The position numbers and the translations under genes are program-made. Shown here piece after piece: positions 38,053-52,120 of a stretch of DNA of 64,000 nt (the first letter of the stretch is position 1; the number at the start of each line of letters is the position of its first letter). This stretch comes from Octopus bimaculoides (lineage: Eukaryota), in the NCBI RefSeq assembly GCF_001194135.2, contig NC_068983.1, positions 21,022,099 through 21,086,098 of the forward strand. The letters are read 5' to 3'. Under the pieces are notes generated by a model that was given only the letters and a program-made list of their open reading frames with translations, ran no database searches and was not told the origin of the DNA.

Positions 38053-38389
38053 TATATATNNNNNNNNNNTCTGTATATGTCTGAACATGAGTTTATAATT
38101 GTTTGCATCTATAATGTAGAGAGTTAGGAGTTGGTTTGAGTTTCACACTTTAGCCTCGGTTAAGGACAACTAGGCTAAATTGCTGCATATTCATGTGCTC
38201 GTAGACGAGAGTAATCAATCATGTATAGACTATATACTGTAGTTAGGCATATTTCATTTAACAGTACAGCTATACTTTCATATTGAATTAGTCATATTCG
38301 AATATTTGAGAATAGCTGTTATCCTCGTAAAAGATTTTGTGAAAATGGAAAACCGTTCTCTGCAGCCACTTATACCGCTCGTGTTCAAT

Positions 38390-38985
38390 ATATATATCCT
38401 TCGTCTATTCTTACGTTCTGAGTTCAAATTATGGCGTGATCAACTCTGCCTTTCATAATTTCGGGCTTGATAAAATAAGTACCAGGTGATCGTAGAGGTT
38501 GATGTAAGTGACTTATCTCTGCTCCAAACTGCTGGTCTTGTGCCAGAATTTGAAATCAATATACATACATACAATTATATTAGTTTCAAATTTTGGCAGA
38601 AGGTCAGCAATTTCGGGGAGGGAATAAGTCGCTCAACTGACACTCATTTTATTGACTCGAATGGCTGAGTCGGCCTTGGCGGAATTTGAACCCAGAGAGT
38701 AAAAATTGGACGAAATATCGCCAAGCATTTTGCTCAGTGTGTTAACGTTTCTTGTTTCCTTACTGCCCACAAGGGGTTAAACATAGAGGGGGAAAAACAA
38801 GGACAGACAAAGAGATTAAGTCGATTACATCGACCGCAGTGCGTAACTGGTACTTATTTAATCGACCCCGAAAGGATGAAAGGCAAAGTCGACTTCGGCG
38901 GAATTTGAACTCAGAACGTAGCGGCAGACGAAATACCGTTAAGCATTTCGCCCGGCGTGCTAACGTTTCTGCCAGATCCCCACTC
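38390..38985. mobile_element. Cluster of three SINE family A pieces: plus 38390-38570, minus 38570-38750, minus 38760-38985 with an alternative tail
   Basis: Shared B-box and core. The third copy ends in a different 3' tail (plus strand cccacaaggggttaaacatagagg). Confidence 0.85.
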
Positions 38986-39335
38986 ANNNNNNNNNNNNNN
39001 NNNNNNNNNNNNNNNNNNNNNNNNNNNNNNNNNNNNNNNNNNNNNNNNNNNNNNNNNNNNNNNNNNNNNNNNNNNNNNNNNNNNNNNNNNNNNNNNNNNN
39101 NNNNNNNNNNNNNNNNNNNNNNNNNNNNNNNNNNNNNNNNNNNNNNNNNNNNNNNNNNNNNNNNNNNNNNNNNNNNNNNNNNNNNNNNNNNNNNNNNNNN
39201 NNNNNNNNNNNNNNNNNNNNNNNNNNNNNNNNNNNNNNNNNNNNNNNNNNNNNNNNNNNNNNNNNNNNNNNNNNNNNNNNNNNNNNNNNNNNNNNNNNNN
39301 NNNNNNNNNNNNNNNNNNNNNNNNNNNNNNNNNNN

Positions 39336-39371
<36 letters not shown>

Positions 39372-39839
39372 ACACACACACGCACACACACACATGTCAA
39401 ATAAACACATTAAACAGACATAGAAGCTCATTCACAAGGGTGCACACAAACACGCGCGAAATATACGTAGAACAATCACATATACAAGTATATTCAAAAG
39501 CTTTGCACACACACAAACAAAATTAGATGGCACAAGCTCTTGGAGGAACACACACACATAAACATGAACACTAATAGCGACTATATACATGCACTCTGCA
39601 TTCAAACACACACATCTACAACAGTCGCAACAACACCCATCCATCTAATAACCACACTAATCCCTTGCACATCGGCACACTCACAAATCCACACGTCTGC
39701 CATTGCCGCCAGCACACACTCTCACAAACTCAAACACGCACATGCACACACGCTCACACACACACACGCACACACACGCACGCGCGCGCACACACACACA
39801 CATTCACAGGCACACACATATGCACGTACTCAACAACTT

Positions 39840-39877
<38 letters not shown>

Positions 39878-40041
39878 AACAATATATGAGTATATGCATT
39901 TATATGTACATGTATGTATATACGTTCATCTACATGTACATATAGATACATAACTGGGTACATGACGTGGCAAAAGAACAAGGACAAAATGGTAAACACG
40001 GTGCAACAAACAAGCTGGCCACATAGAAACATCCCCTTCAT
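39878..40041 (-). repeat. Dispersed repeat family F, copy 1
   Basis: Same sequence at 40634-40795; homologous to family D in the opposite orientation. Confidence 0.85.
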
Positions 40042-40633
40042 NNNNNNNNNNNNNNNNNNNNNNNNNNNNNNNNNNNNNNNNNNNNNNNNNNNNNNNNNNN
40101 NNNNNNNNNNNNNNNNNNNNNNNNNNNNNNNNNNNNNNNNNNNNNNNNNNNNNNNNNNNNNNNNNNNNNNNNNNNNNNNNNNNNNNNNNNNNNNNNNNNN
40201 NNNNNNNNNNNNNNNNNNNNNNNNNNNNNNNNNNNNNNNNNNNNNNNNNNNNNNNNNNNNNNNNNNNNNNNNNNNNNNNNNNNNNNNNNNNNNNNNNNNN
40301 NNNNNNNNNNNNNNNNNNNNNNNNNNNNNNNNNNNNNNNNNNNNNNNNNNNNNNTGACGAGAAAGAGTAGCAGAGGGAAAAGGAGGGGAGGAAGTATAAT
40401 AAAAGTGAGCAACGAGAGGTAGAGAGAGAGATATATATATAGTAGTAGTAACGGTGAGAGGCGAAGGACGAGTAACAAGAGATAGAGAGAGAGAGAGAGA
40501 GAAGTAGTGACAGGTAAAGGCGAAGAACAGTAGAGGGAAGAATGAGAGCGGGAGATAGAAATAGAGAGAGTCGCGTTAGAAAAATAGTTAAAACTTACTG
40601 TATAAAGTTAACGCGTGCGTTCTGTCGTGATAC

Positions 40634-40795
40634 AAACAATATATGAGTATATGCATATATATGTACATGTATGTATATACGTTCATCTACATGTACATAT
40701 AGATACATAACATGTACATATAGATACATACATGACGTGGCAAAAGAACAAGGACAAAATGGTAAACAAGGTGCAACAAACAAGCAGGCCACATA
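40634..40795 (-). repeat. Dispersed repeat family F, copy 2, with a short internal duplication
   Basis: catgacgtggcaaaagaacaaggacaaaatggtaaac is shared with copy 1. Confidence 0.85.
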
Positions 40796-41332
40796 TATAT
40801 ATTCACACACACACAGAGAAAGAATCATCATTACGTCCCTTTGAGAACTCTCTAGTACTGAACGCTGCATTGGTCTCCCACTTACTCGTCACTGAAAAAA
40901 GAGAATTTCTCATATATATGCGTGAATTAATGCATCTTTTATTTTCAGTTTTGATTTACCCCAATTCGCTTTATTATTCCTCTGTTTTCAATGAGAGAAA
41001 ATAATTCTGAAATTCCAGACATTTTTGTAATTCACTCATTCGGTATCAAATTCATAAAACATTACTTTCTTAACGTGTTGTTTGTTGTCTGTATTATTAT
41101 TATAAAACATTCGAATATATTCTTCATGCCGCAACGAGAGATTTATTTGGCTTTATACCAAATTACATCGGATTTCTTTTATTATAATCATGTGTGAACA
41201 TATATGTTTTATTATTCATGCGTGCTTGAAATTATTTTACATACATGCACATCTATATTTATAGGCGTGCGTATAGATGTATACATGTACCTACATATAT
41301 GCATACATATGTATGTATATACATACATATAT

Positions 41333-41395
<63 letters not shown>

Positions 41396-41917
41396 NNNNN
41401 NNNNNNNNNNNNNNNNNNNNNNNNNNNNNNNNNNNNNNNNNNNNNNNNNNNNNNNNNNNNNNNNNNNNNNNNNNNNNNNNNNNNNNNNNNNTATATATCA
41501 GTTGAATAAAGTTAAAGCCCGGTCTGGTTCTCACGTTTTCTTTTAATGGTATTTTAACATAGAAAAATAAATATTTTGTAATGCGTATAAAGTTAAATTA
41601 GCGCTTTCATACAAAGAGGCAATCATCAGATTTCAAACGTGTTTAACTGACAGTTGAGTTCTTGACAACTTTAGTACGTCTTAGAACACTCCAACATGCT
41701 TAATGTTTAGAGTACGATTTTCACCAATCCGCATGCAACTTAAACATCACGGTTTGCCTGGCGTACTGATATTCTGTAATTTGTTTAAATTTATATGCTA
41801 GAGATATTTTTTTATTCCACATCATTAATCGGTCGTTATATTTTTGCTTTAACTTTATTCAACTGATATATCATTCTATACATGTTCATACAAATCCGAA
41901 ACAATATGTATATAAAC

Positions 41918-42317
41918 TCTTTACTCTCTTTTACTCATTTCCTTGTTACAGTCATTTGACTGTGGCCATGCTGGAGCACCGCCTTTAGTTGAGCAAATCG
42001 ACACCAGGACTTATTCTTTGTAAGCCTAGTACTTATTCTATCGGTTACTTTTGCCGAGCCGCTAAGTTACGGAGATGTAAACTCACCACCATCGGTTGTC
42101 AAGCGATGTTGGGGGAACAAACACAGACACACAAACCACATATATATAAATATACATATATACTACGGGCTTCTTTCAGTTTCCGTCTACCAAATCCACT
42201 CACAAGGCTTTGGTCGACCCAAGGCTATAGTAGAAAACACTTGCCCAAAGTGCCACGCAGTGGGACTGAACCCAGAACTATCTGGTTGGTAAACAAGCTA
42301 CTTACCACACAACCACC
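41918..42317 (-). mobile_element. Complete SINE family B (tRNA head, CORE-like domain, short microsatellite, 3' body) with 8-bp TSD
   Basis: TSD atataaac at 41910-41917 and 42318-42325. B-box gggttcagtccc; ttgggcaagtg resembles the CORE domain. Confidence 0.9.
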
Positions 42318-43318
42318 ATATAAACACATATATACCCAGTCGCACACAATCCTCATTATCTCCCTTTTTCAACTTTGTAATTAAACTTCAATTTATTACC
42401 TCACATGTCTACCCCACTCAACAAAATGGCCTACTCCTAAACGCATGTTACTTGGACGACTCACTTTTTCCGTGTTCTTTCTCTCTCACTCTTTCTCTCT
42501 TCTCTCTCTCGTTGTTTCTGACTCTTTCTTTCTCTCCTTGTGGGTTTTCTTTGCGTTGAAAGCCAAATGAGCTCGAAACATCGGACCTTTCTTTCGTTAT
42601 TAAGAAGCAGTTTGAAACTAATCTGACTTTATGGTGTTAAATGTTACCATTGAAGTGTTAAACTAATACCATATTTTTCATACTTTGTACTTCCTATGTT
42701 CAGCATTCCAATGCTAATTTTCTTAATTTTATATATACATATAAGTATTTCAATACATACATGTGTGTCTGTGCATATATATATATATNNNNNNNNNNNN
42801 NNNNNNNNNNNNNNNNNNNNNNNNNNNNNNNNNNNNNNNNNNNNNNNNNNNNNNNNNNNNNNNNNNNNNNNNNNNNNNNNNNNNNNNNNNNNNNNNNNNN
42901 NNNNNNNNNNNNNNNNNNNNNNNNNNNNNNNNNNNNNNNNNNNNNNNNNNNNNNNNNNNNNNNNNNNNNNNNNNNNNNNNNNNNNNNNNNNNNNNNNNNN
43001 NNNNNNNNNNNNNNNNNNNNNNCATTCTTGTATCTACACACATATTTGCAGGTATGAATATATGTATACATACACATACATAACTATATATATGTGTGTG
43101 TGTGTGTGTGTGTAGTTATCTATTTATCTATGTGTATATGTTTGTGTGTGTGTGTGTGTACAAACGTGCACACACACCCACACGTATGAGTGCATATGTC
43201 AAGTTTGTACACATACATACATACTTACATACGTACACATACATACATACCTATATATATACATATATATTTACACACGTACATACGTACATACCTACAT
43301 ACCTACATACAATTTACC

Positions 43319-43358
<40 letters not shown>

Positions 43359-43639
43359 CTCACACACACAAACGGTGTTTATTGTCGCTGGTTGTCTCTC
43401 TGTTTTGGTAGAAGAATAGATGAAATCTGAAAAGACAAATGATCAAGATAATTAAAAGGAAGCCGTGTCTTCAGAAATGTATGTAAACGGATGTCGTAGT
43501 CTGTGCTACGTCAAAGAGAAACAAGTGTTTGCTAACGTATAATTCGGAATTGTCCATATTAACTGATCTTCCTTGTTTTAATGAGCTTAACAAAACTTTC
43601 TACAGTCTTGAGATTTTCCGGCTTACGAGCGCCAGCTTC

Positions 43640-43645
43640 TTCTGC

Positions 43646-43679
<34 letters not shown>

Positions 43680-43750
43680 AATGTTATTGATACAGATTGA
43701 TGATGGTGGTGATGATGATGATGATGACGACGACGTTGATGACAATGATG

Positions 43751-43812
<62 letters not shown>

Positions 43813-44020
43813 GACGATGATGATCATAATCATGATGATGACAACGATGATCTACTGCTACTAGTACTACTACTTCTACTTCTACTTCCGCCTACACTAC
43901 AACTAGCACCTGAACCGCCAATACCACTACTAGAACCGCCACCAGCTCAGCTACCATTATAAATGAAACAACTGCAACGGCTGCCAACATCACCTACTAC
44001 TACTACTACTACTACTACTG

Positions 44021-44071
<51 letters not shown>

Positions 44072-44357
44072 TTACTGCTGCTGCTGCTGCTGCTACTACT
44101 ACTACTACTACTACTACTGCTGCTACTACTGCGACATTCACCAGTCCATAACTACTGCGGCAATTATCCTCTACGACCCCCGCTAGTACAACTTTCTCCA
44201 CAACTACTACTCTAACCACCACTATCATCAACCCAACCCCCAAATAAAACACAATTGCTGCTGCTGCTGCTTCTACAACAACTGCTACTGCTACTACTAC
44301 TACCATCATGACCACCATTATTACCCTTACTACCACCACTACTACAGCTACTACTAT

Positions 44358-44407
<50 letters not shown>

Positions 44408-44514
44408 TCAGCCCCACTGAACCATGACACTGTTGCAATTATCATTTACAACTCCTACAAATGTGACCATCTCTACAACTACTACCACCTCCACTACTAC
44501 CAGTAACAGTGGCG

Positions 44515-44557
<43 letters not shown>

Positions 44558-44631
44558 CGGTAGTAGTAGTAGTAGTAGTAGTAGCAGTAGCAGTAGCAGT
44601 AGTAGTAGTAGTAGTACTAGTAGTAGTAGCG

Positions 44632-44665
<34 letters not shown>

Positions 44666-44691
44666 TAGTAGTAGTAGTAGTAGTAGTAGCG

Positions 44692-44736
<45 letters not shown>

Positions 44737-44866
44737 CCACTACCATCATGATCACCATCTACATCCACTATTACAGCTACTACTGCTACAAAAACAACCG
44801 AAACTGCCATCACTGCTACTACTGCTGCGGCAGCTGGTGGTGCTGCTGCTGCTGCTACTACTACTA

Positions 44867-44945
<79 letters not shown>
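43640..44945. repeat. 1.3-kb compound trinucleotide block: (CTG)n, (GAT)n, (CTA)n, (TAG)n, (CTA)n
   Basis: Direct reading. Confidence 0.95.
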
Positions 44946-45064
44946 ATGTGTTATGGAATATGTGTGTAACGTGGCGGTTTTAGGATGACTCAGTTGCTAT
45001 TTCTCATACAATGAACGTCTAGTTACAGACTTCTTCAATAGCTCCGTTCAAGATAGTATATTTT

Positions 45065-45291
45065 AAGGCGGCGAGCTGGCAGAATCGTTTAGCACGCCGG
45101 GTGAAATGCTTAGCGATATTTCGTCTGTCATAACGTTTTGAGATCAAATTCCACCGAGGTCGACTTTGCCTTTCATTCAATCGAGGTCGATAAATTAAGT
45201 ACCAGTTGCATACTGCAGTCGATCAAATCGACTGGCTCCCCTCCCCCCACCCAAAAAAATTTCGAGTCTTGTGCCTAGAGTAAAAAAGAAT
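45065..45291 (+). mobile_element. SINE family A, full length with 12-bp TSD
   Basis: atagtatatttt at 45053-45064 and 45292-45303. Confidence 0.92.
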
Positions 45292-45704
45292 ATAGTATAT
45301 TTTCGACCTGAAGGTCCAAAATATCTGTGAGCTGTGATATCTCGATCTATTCGCAGAATGCAAGTTCGTATATTTAGTAGGCATTTTTTGGTTTGTAACA
45401 GTTCTGCCGAAAAAAATCTTGTTCTACAATTCTTCCATTTGTATAGACACAGAGGGCAGTTTGTGGATTTCTCTACGAATGTTAATTCTGAGAAACGGAG
45501 TTGGTAGCTCGATTAGGATTTAATTTTCATGTGCTTGACGTTATGAATATACAGATAACCACAGGCTATTAAAAACAATACAATAGAGACCTACAAGATT
45601 GTTTCTAATATACCATTTTGTGTCGTTTGTCATTTCAACGATAGCTATAAAGCATACTTTGATTTGGCAAAAAAGAGATAAAATATTAAACATAGGCGCA
45701 AACA

Positions 45705-45853
45705 TATGTGTGGGTAACAAGTTTGCTTCTCAACCATATGGTTTCGGGTTCAGTCCCACTGCGTGGTATCTTGGGCAAGTGTCTTGTATAGCTTCAGGCT
45801 GAAGAAAGCTTTGCCAGCCGATTTGATTCAGGGAAATAGAAAGAAGTCTGCCT

Positions 45854-45860
<7 letters not shown>
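45705..45860 (+). mobile_element. SINE family B head followed by microsatellite
   Basis: gggttcagtcccactgcgtgg..tcttgggcaagtgtc. Confidence 0.8.
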
Positions 45861-45897
<37 letters not shown>

Positions 45898-45904
45898 CGC
45901 GTGC

Positions 45905-45945
<41 letters not shown>

Positions 45946-47739
45946 TTTATCTGTATGTATGTATGTCAATATGTATGTGTATGTATATATGTATGTGCGT
46001 CTTGAGAAGAGTCATCCGTCGCACGGGTTCAAGCCATCACACCTTGTTTTGGAGTGTCTTTAGCAGAGTCTATTCTGTTGCAAGTATTTGGGCCTCGTCC
46101 TCATTCTATCTATACCGTACAACGACGCAACAATGCCTAAGACCTTTAAAGTGTATGAAATTCCATACCATCTTATTATAAGATATCACTCCCCGCATAT
46201 GATCATTATTTTACGTATACCTGCCCCATGATTTCTCAACGTATTGGGGGCCATATTACCTTTAGGAAGCAGCATATACCGGATGATATCCTCTAATGCT
46301 AACACAATCTTTTATATTGCTTGCACATCCATGATGAAAGGAACTAATATGAAATGCAATAATATGCAGTAAAACATTAATGTTAGATTCCAATAATGAC
46401 GAAGAACATTCAATCGGTCTTCGTTCTTCTGAAGATACATGAACAACTGTTAACACATGCTCGCTTCTGTTACAGCCATACCGTTCAACAACATCGTATA
46501 TACAATAGCCATACAATTCAACTACACCAGAATGCCAACACCCTACTCCATGACAACGCAAAGACTAATAAACCATTCCCAGCATATCATATTTTAATAT
46601 AGCTATCATCTTCAAGGTCGCCTCATACACGTGTTTATGAGTGAATATCAAGGCAGCTAGTTTACGCCATTGAAAAGCCCCAATGTGGCGAAATGCCTAT
46701 GAAGTTTATGCTGGCCATTGTTGAGGCGAGGTTTCATCTCTCTCCAGTATTTATTGTTCTTTAACACAGCATATCCATAATAGATGTTACCACAAGACAA
46801 ATACGGTAGTAAATGACCTATTAACGGCATATATACATTAAGTAATATGTAAAATGGTCATTTTAATTTATTACTGCTTCAGTTCGTTATGTTGCATACA
46901 TACATACTTACTTACATATATNNNNNNNNNNNNNNNNNNNNNNNNNNNNNNNNNNNNNNNNNNNNNNNNNNNNNNNNNNNNNNNNNNNNNNNNNNNNNNN
47001 NNNNNNNNNNNNNNNNNNNNNNNNNNNNNNNNNNNNNNNNNNNNNNNNNNNNNNNNNNNNNNNNNNNNNNNNNNNNNNNNNNNNNNNNNNNNNNNNNNNN
47101 NNNNNNNNNNNNNNNNNNNNNNNNNNNNNNNNNNNNNNNNNNNNNNNNNNNNNNNNNNNNNNNNNNNNNNNNNNNNNNNNNNNNNNNNNNNNNNNNNNNN
47201 NNNNNNNNNNNNNNNNNNNNNNNNNNNNNNNNNNNNNNNNNNNNNNNNNNNNNNNNNNNNNNNNNNNNNNNNNNNNNNNNNNNNNNNNNNNNNNNNNNNN
47301 NNNNNNNNNNNNNNNNNNNNNNNNNNNNNNNNNNNNNNNNNNNNNNNNNNNNNNNNNNNNNNNNNNNNNNNNNNNNNNNNNNNNNNNNNNNNNNNNNNNN
47401 NNNNNNNNNNNNNNNNNNNNNNNNNNNNNNNNNNNNNNNNNNNNNNNNNNNNNNNNNNNNNNNNNNNNNNNNNNNNNNNNNNNNNNNNNNNNNNNNNNNN
47501 NNNNNNNNNNNNNNNNNNNNNNNNNNNNNNNNNNNNNNNNNNNNNNNNNNNNNNNNNNNNNNNNNNNNNNNNNNNNNNNNNNNNNNNNNNNNNNNNNNNN
47601 NNNNNNNNNNNNNNNNNNNNNNNNNNNNNNNNNNNNNNNNNNNNNNNNNNNNNNNNNNNNNNNNNNNNNNNNNNNNNNNNNNNNNNNNNNNNNNNNNNNN
47701 NNNNNNNNNNNNNNNNNNNNNNNNNNNNNNNNNNNNNNN

Positions 47740-47803
<64 letters not shown>

Positions 47804-47809
47804 GTATAT

Positions 47810-47955
47810 ACGAAAGGCTTCTTTCAGCTTCTTTTTACGAAATCTGCTTACAAGGCTATAGTAGAAGATACTTGGCCAAGAAGTTACTGTTACACAGTGG
47901 GACTGAACCCGAAACCATGTAGAAAGGAAGGATGTTTCTTACCGCACAGCCACCC
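47810..47955 (-). mobile_element. SINE family B head adjoining (CA)n(TA)n and an N-gap
   Basis: gtgggactgaaccc; aaggctatagtagaaga. Confidence 0.78.
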
Positions 47956-48370
47956 TTATGCATGTGTATGTGTGGGTGTGGGTGGTTTGTGGGTATGTGT
48001 GTGTAGTTATGTATGTATACATGTATATACTCACGCATATGTAAATATGTTACTGGTCATAATTTTGGGTGAATTTCTAAACAAACATGTAGTGATCTTT
48101 TTATTCTCATCAAACGGAAGTAACATAAAGGACGAGTCTCCTTTCATTCATGTCTCTGCTCAAGAAGAGAAACGTTTTGAAATAACTATTTAAATCAATC
48201 AAAATTAACGCCTAGTTGCAAACGTGATTAACCTGTATTCGTGGGTGATGTGGTTAAACAATTGATATTAATTCGCAAACAGCATATGTTAAATTCCTAA
48301 AAGAAACTGCAATGTAGTTAAACTGTGAGCAGATGTAAAATACACTTGATAGTCTCTCTGTACCCGCGCG

Positions 48371-48407
<37 letters not shown>

Positions 48408-48870
48408 GATATGTAACTTTCGCAGTTTGTTGACTACTCATGTGACGAAGTACTTGAAACTATCAATCTATATCTATATATACATAGAAGCATAGAACAA
48501 ACACGGTAATACGTACAGAGACCATATTACACACACACGCAAATATATACATAGAAATTTACATACATACATACAAACATACATATGCATACATATGTGT
48601 ATATGTGTGTGTGTGTGTGTAGTTATGCAACTGTATCTATGTATGTATGTATGTATGTTTCTTTGTATGCAGTACCTTAATTATTCATTGCTATCACGTG
48701 CATCAGTTGCATCGTAATTCATTTGTCCTTCAAATGTAAACAAGTAAGTTGCCGCAAAGCCTTAAACTCTCTTTCGTGGTTGCTTTATTGTTTATTTAGG
48801 AGAAAGGAAGAAAAACGAGCGAACGAAAGAAAGAATGACAGAGGAAGAGAGAAAGAGAGGGAGAGAGAGA

Positions 48871-48909
<39 letters not shown>

Positions 48910-50901
48910 AAACAGAGAGAATGTAAGAGTTAAACGTTCATAGCCTGGTTTTATTTTTGGTGCAGTTATTGGCTTTGATTTTGCTTAAATAAGTGTTATT
49001 GTGCTCTTGAGATTTCGTTTCCAATTTGGATTCACGTGGGTTGGTGAATTATCCCACACTGATGCAGCATTGACCAAATGTCAGTTTCAAATGTTACAGT
49101 TTACATCAATTTAGCGTACGTAATTATGTTAATAATTCTCTTGTGAGCTTTCAAATTGCTTTATGACAATTTACTAGCGACAGAACTTTATAACTGATAT
49201 ATGCCTTACTTTGAGTTAACACATAGAGAAGAGAACTTGTACCTTCACTTGGGTACATGTGTATGGCTCCGTATTTGAAAGAGCATGTGAGTGTATGTGA
49301 GCGTATATGTGTGTATGCATGTGTAAATGTGTATGCGTGTGTGTGTGTAATAAATACGACTGCAAATTCAAAAGTTAAAGGTTTTCTATAGACAGACTTG
49401 AATTGTTCTCAATGTAACTCCTCAATGCCTGCAAACTCTTGAGAAAATCTTAAGTTTGTTTTAGAGTTGATTGGTAAGTAACTTCATCTGAGACAGAATT
49501 TAGGATATGAAACAAGGATATAGAATAATCTTATAATTAGATTCTTCAGCAATTTTAAGCTCATTGATCATAGGTTTCTGTTACCACAATTCAATAGAGA
49601 ATAATCGATTTTTTCTTTTCTTCCTCCTTTTTCTACCATCCCTAAAATCTGTCTCAAAACAATACAGTAAGTAGTAAACAGGCTTTTAACCTTTTTTTAT
49701 ATTTTTTTCTACACTCCTTAAAAAGACCAATTCAATACAGTGGCCCTTCTTTCTTTCTCTCTCTCTCTCTCTCTTTTACCACATCCATTTCTCTATCTGT
49801 CTGACTATCAGTCTATCTATCTATCGCTCTATCTGCCTATCTATCTATCTATTTGATTATACATCTTCCATTGTCTCCAAAGCCTAACCCCCAAAAAACA
49901 AAAAAACAAAACAATGTTGTTATAAACNNNNNNNNNNNNNNNNNNNNNNNNNNNNNNNNNNNNNNNNNNNNNNNNNNNNNNNNNNNNNNNNNNNNNNNNN
50001 NNNNNNNNNNNNNNNNNNNNNNNNNNNNNNNNNNNNNNNNNNNNNNNNNNNNNNNNNNNNNNNNNNNNNNNNNNNNNNNNNNNNNNNNNNNNNNNNNNNN
50101 NNNNNNNNNNNNNNNNNNNNTATATATATACATATGTGCATATATGTATAGCGCGCACGCGCTTGACAACCAGTGTTGATTTGTTTATGACCGTCTAAAT
50201 TAGCAGATGTGTATTGATAATGGTGATGATGGTGCTTTGTGTAAGATATAGTAAGAGCAATAGCAACAGTTGTAGTGGTTGCAGCAGCCACGCTAACGTT
50301 TGGATATCGATTGCCTGAACATTGGAGAAGGATTAAATTTCAAATTAAGAATATTGCTGCATATTAATGAAGTGGAATTATTTATTAAAATCGTCTGACT
50401 CGGAACGGACAGTGATTCTGGAACATCCACTACTTTCTCTCTCCTTTGTTTTCTTCTTCATCGCGTGATCGGTGGAAGTGGACGGTATGTAGATAATGAT
50501 AATAATAATTATAGTGTATGTGTTAGTGATAATACCACACACATATGAGTATGTATATGTATGTATTTGCGTGTATATATATATATATATATATATANNN
50601 NNNNNNNNNNNNNNNNNNNNNNNNNNNNNNNNNNNNNNNNNNNNNNNNNNNNNNNNNNNNNNNNNNNNNNNNNNNNNNNNNNNNNNNNNNNNNNNNNNNN
50701 NNNNNNNNNNNNNNNNNNNNNNNNNNNNNNNNNNNNNNNNNNNNNNNNNNNNNNNNNNNNNNNNNNNNNNNNNNNNNNNNNNNNNNNNNNNNNNNNNNNN
50801 NNNNNNNNNNNNNNNNNNNNNNNNNNNNNNNNNNNNNNNNNNNNNNNNNNNNNNNNNNNNNNNNNNNNNNNNNNNNNNNNNNNNNNNNNNNNNNNNNNNN
50901 N

Positions 50902-51050
50902 CGTACAGGTATGTACGTACCGGCATCCACCTGTATGTATAGGTGCATATCTGGGTACAGGACATTGCAAACAAAACGTAGACGAGAAAACACACAAGCC
51001 ACATAGAGAACATTCTACTTCATCAGCTACCCCCGTTTTAACACCGGCGT
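50902..51050 (-). repeat. Dispersed repeat family D, second copy
   Basis: Reverse complement of 25145-25290; retains an intact ctgatga. Confidence 0.88.
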
Positions 51051-51355
51051 TATATATATATACATATATGTACATATATATTTGAAAGCGATGTAGATAC
51101 ATACATAGATGCGTATGCATTGCATATATATGCATAATACGTGCATATATATACAACCAAAAATGCATATATATGTATATGCACATGCCTATGTATATGC
51201 ACGTATATATTTATATAATATGTATATTTACATATAAGCATTATTTATAGACATCCATGTAAATATATATATGTATCTATATGTATACACACACATATAT
51301 ATGTAACTTTCAAATAAACAAAAAACTACGGAGACAGTAAGGAAGCTATTATGCG

Positions 51356-51386
<31 letters not shown>

Positions 51387-51482
51387 TTGTGTGTGTATGT
51401 GTGTTTGTGTGTGTGTGTGTTGATATATATATTGTAGTTGATGCAAACGACGTTATTATTATCATCATTATTATTATTATTA

Positions 51483-51547
<65 letters not shown>

Positions 51548-51550
51548 GTT

Positions 51551-52120
51551 AAGGCGGTGAGCTGGCAGAATCATAAGCACTCCGAGCAAAATGCTTAACG
51601 GCATTTCGTCCGTCTTTAGGATCTGAGTTCAAATTCCGCCGAGACCAACTTTGCCTTTCATCCTTTCTGGGTCAATGAAATAAGTACGAGTTATGCAGAA
51701 TTATGCACTCGGGGTTGATGTAATCTACTTATCCCATCCCCTAAAATTTCAGGCCTTGTGCCTATAATAGAAAAGATTATTATCGTGGTTGTTGGAGTTG
51801 TTATTGTTTCTGTTGTTGTGTTTGTTGTTGTTGTCGTTGTTATGTCAGTTCATAAGGCAGTGGATTGGCAGCAAAATCTTCATATTGTCTGACCAAATAC
51901 TTTGCAATATTTCTTCCGGCTCTCTACATTTATGAGTTCAAATCATGTCGAGGTTAACTTTGCCTTTCATCTCTCTCTCTCTCTCTATGTCTCTCTCTTG
52001 GGAACGATAAAATAAAGTACCAATTAAATACTGGGGGTCGATGTAATCGTCTCTACCCCCATCTCCCAAAATTGCTAGTCTTGTACCTAAATTAGAGGTG
52101 TTTATTAGGTCGATGGATGT
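51551..52120 (+). mobile_element. Two SINE family A copies (51551-51780; 51855-52120 with a (CT)n expansion inside the core)
   Basis: Head, B-box, core and tail motifs; the first copy is embedded in (ATT)n. Confidence 0.85.

Noticed and set aside
46225-46700. hAT-like left end ccatgatttctcaac
   Set aside because: No matching right TIR or TSD found.
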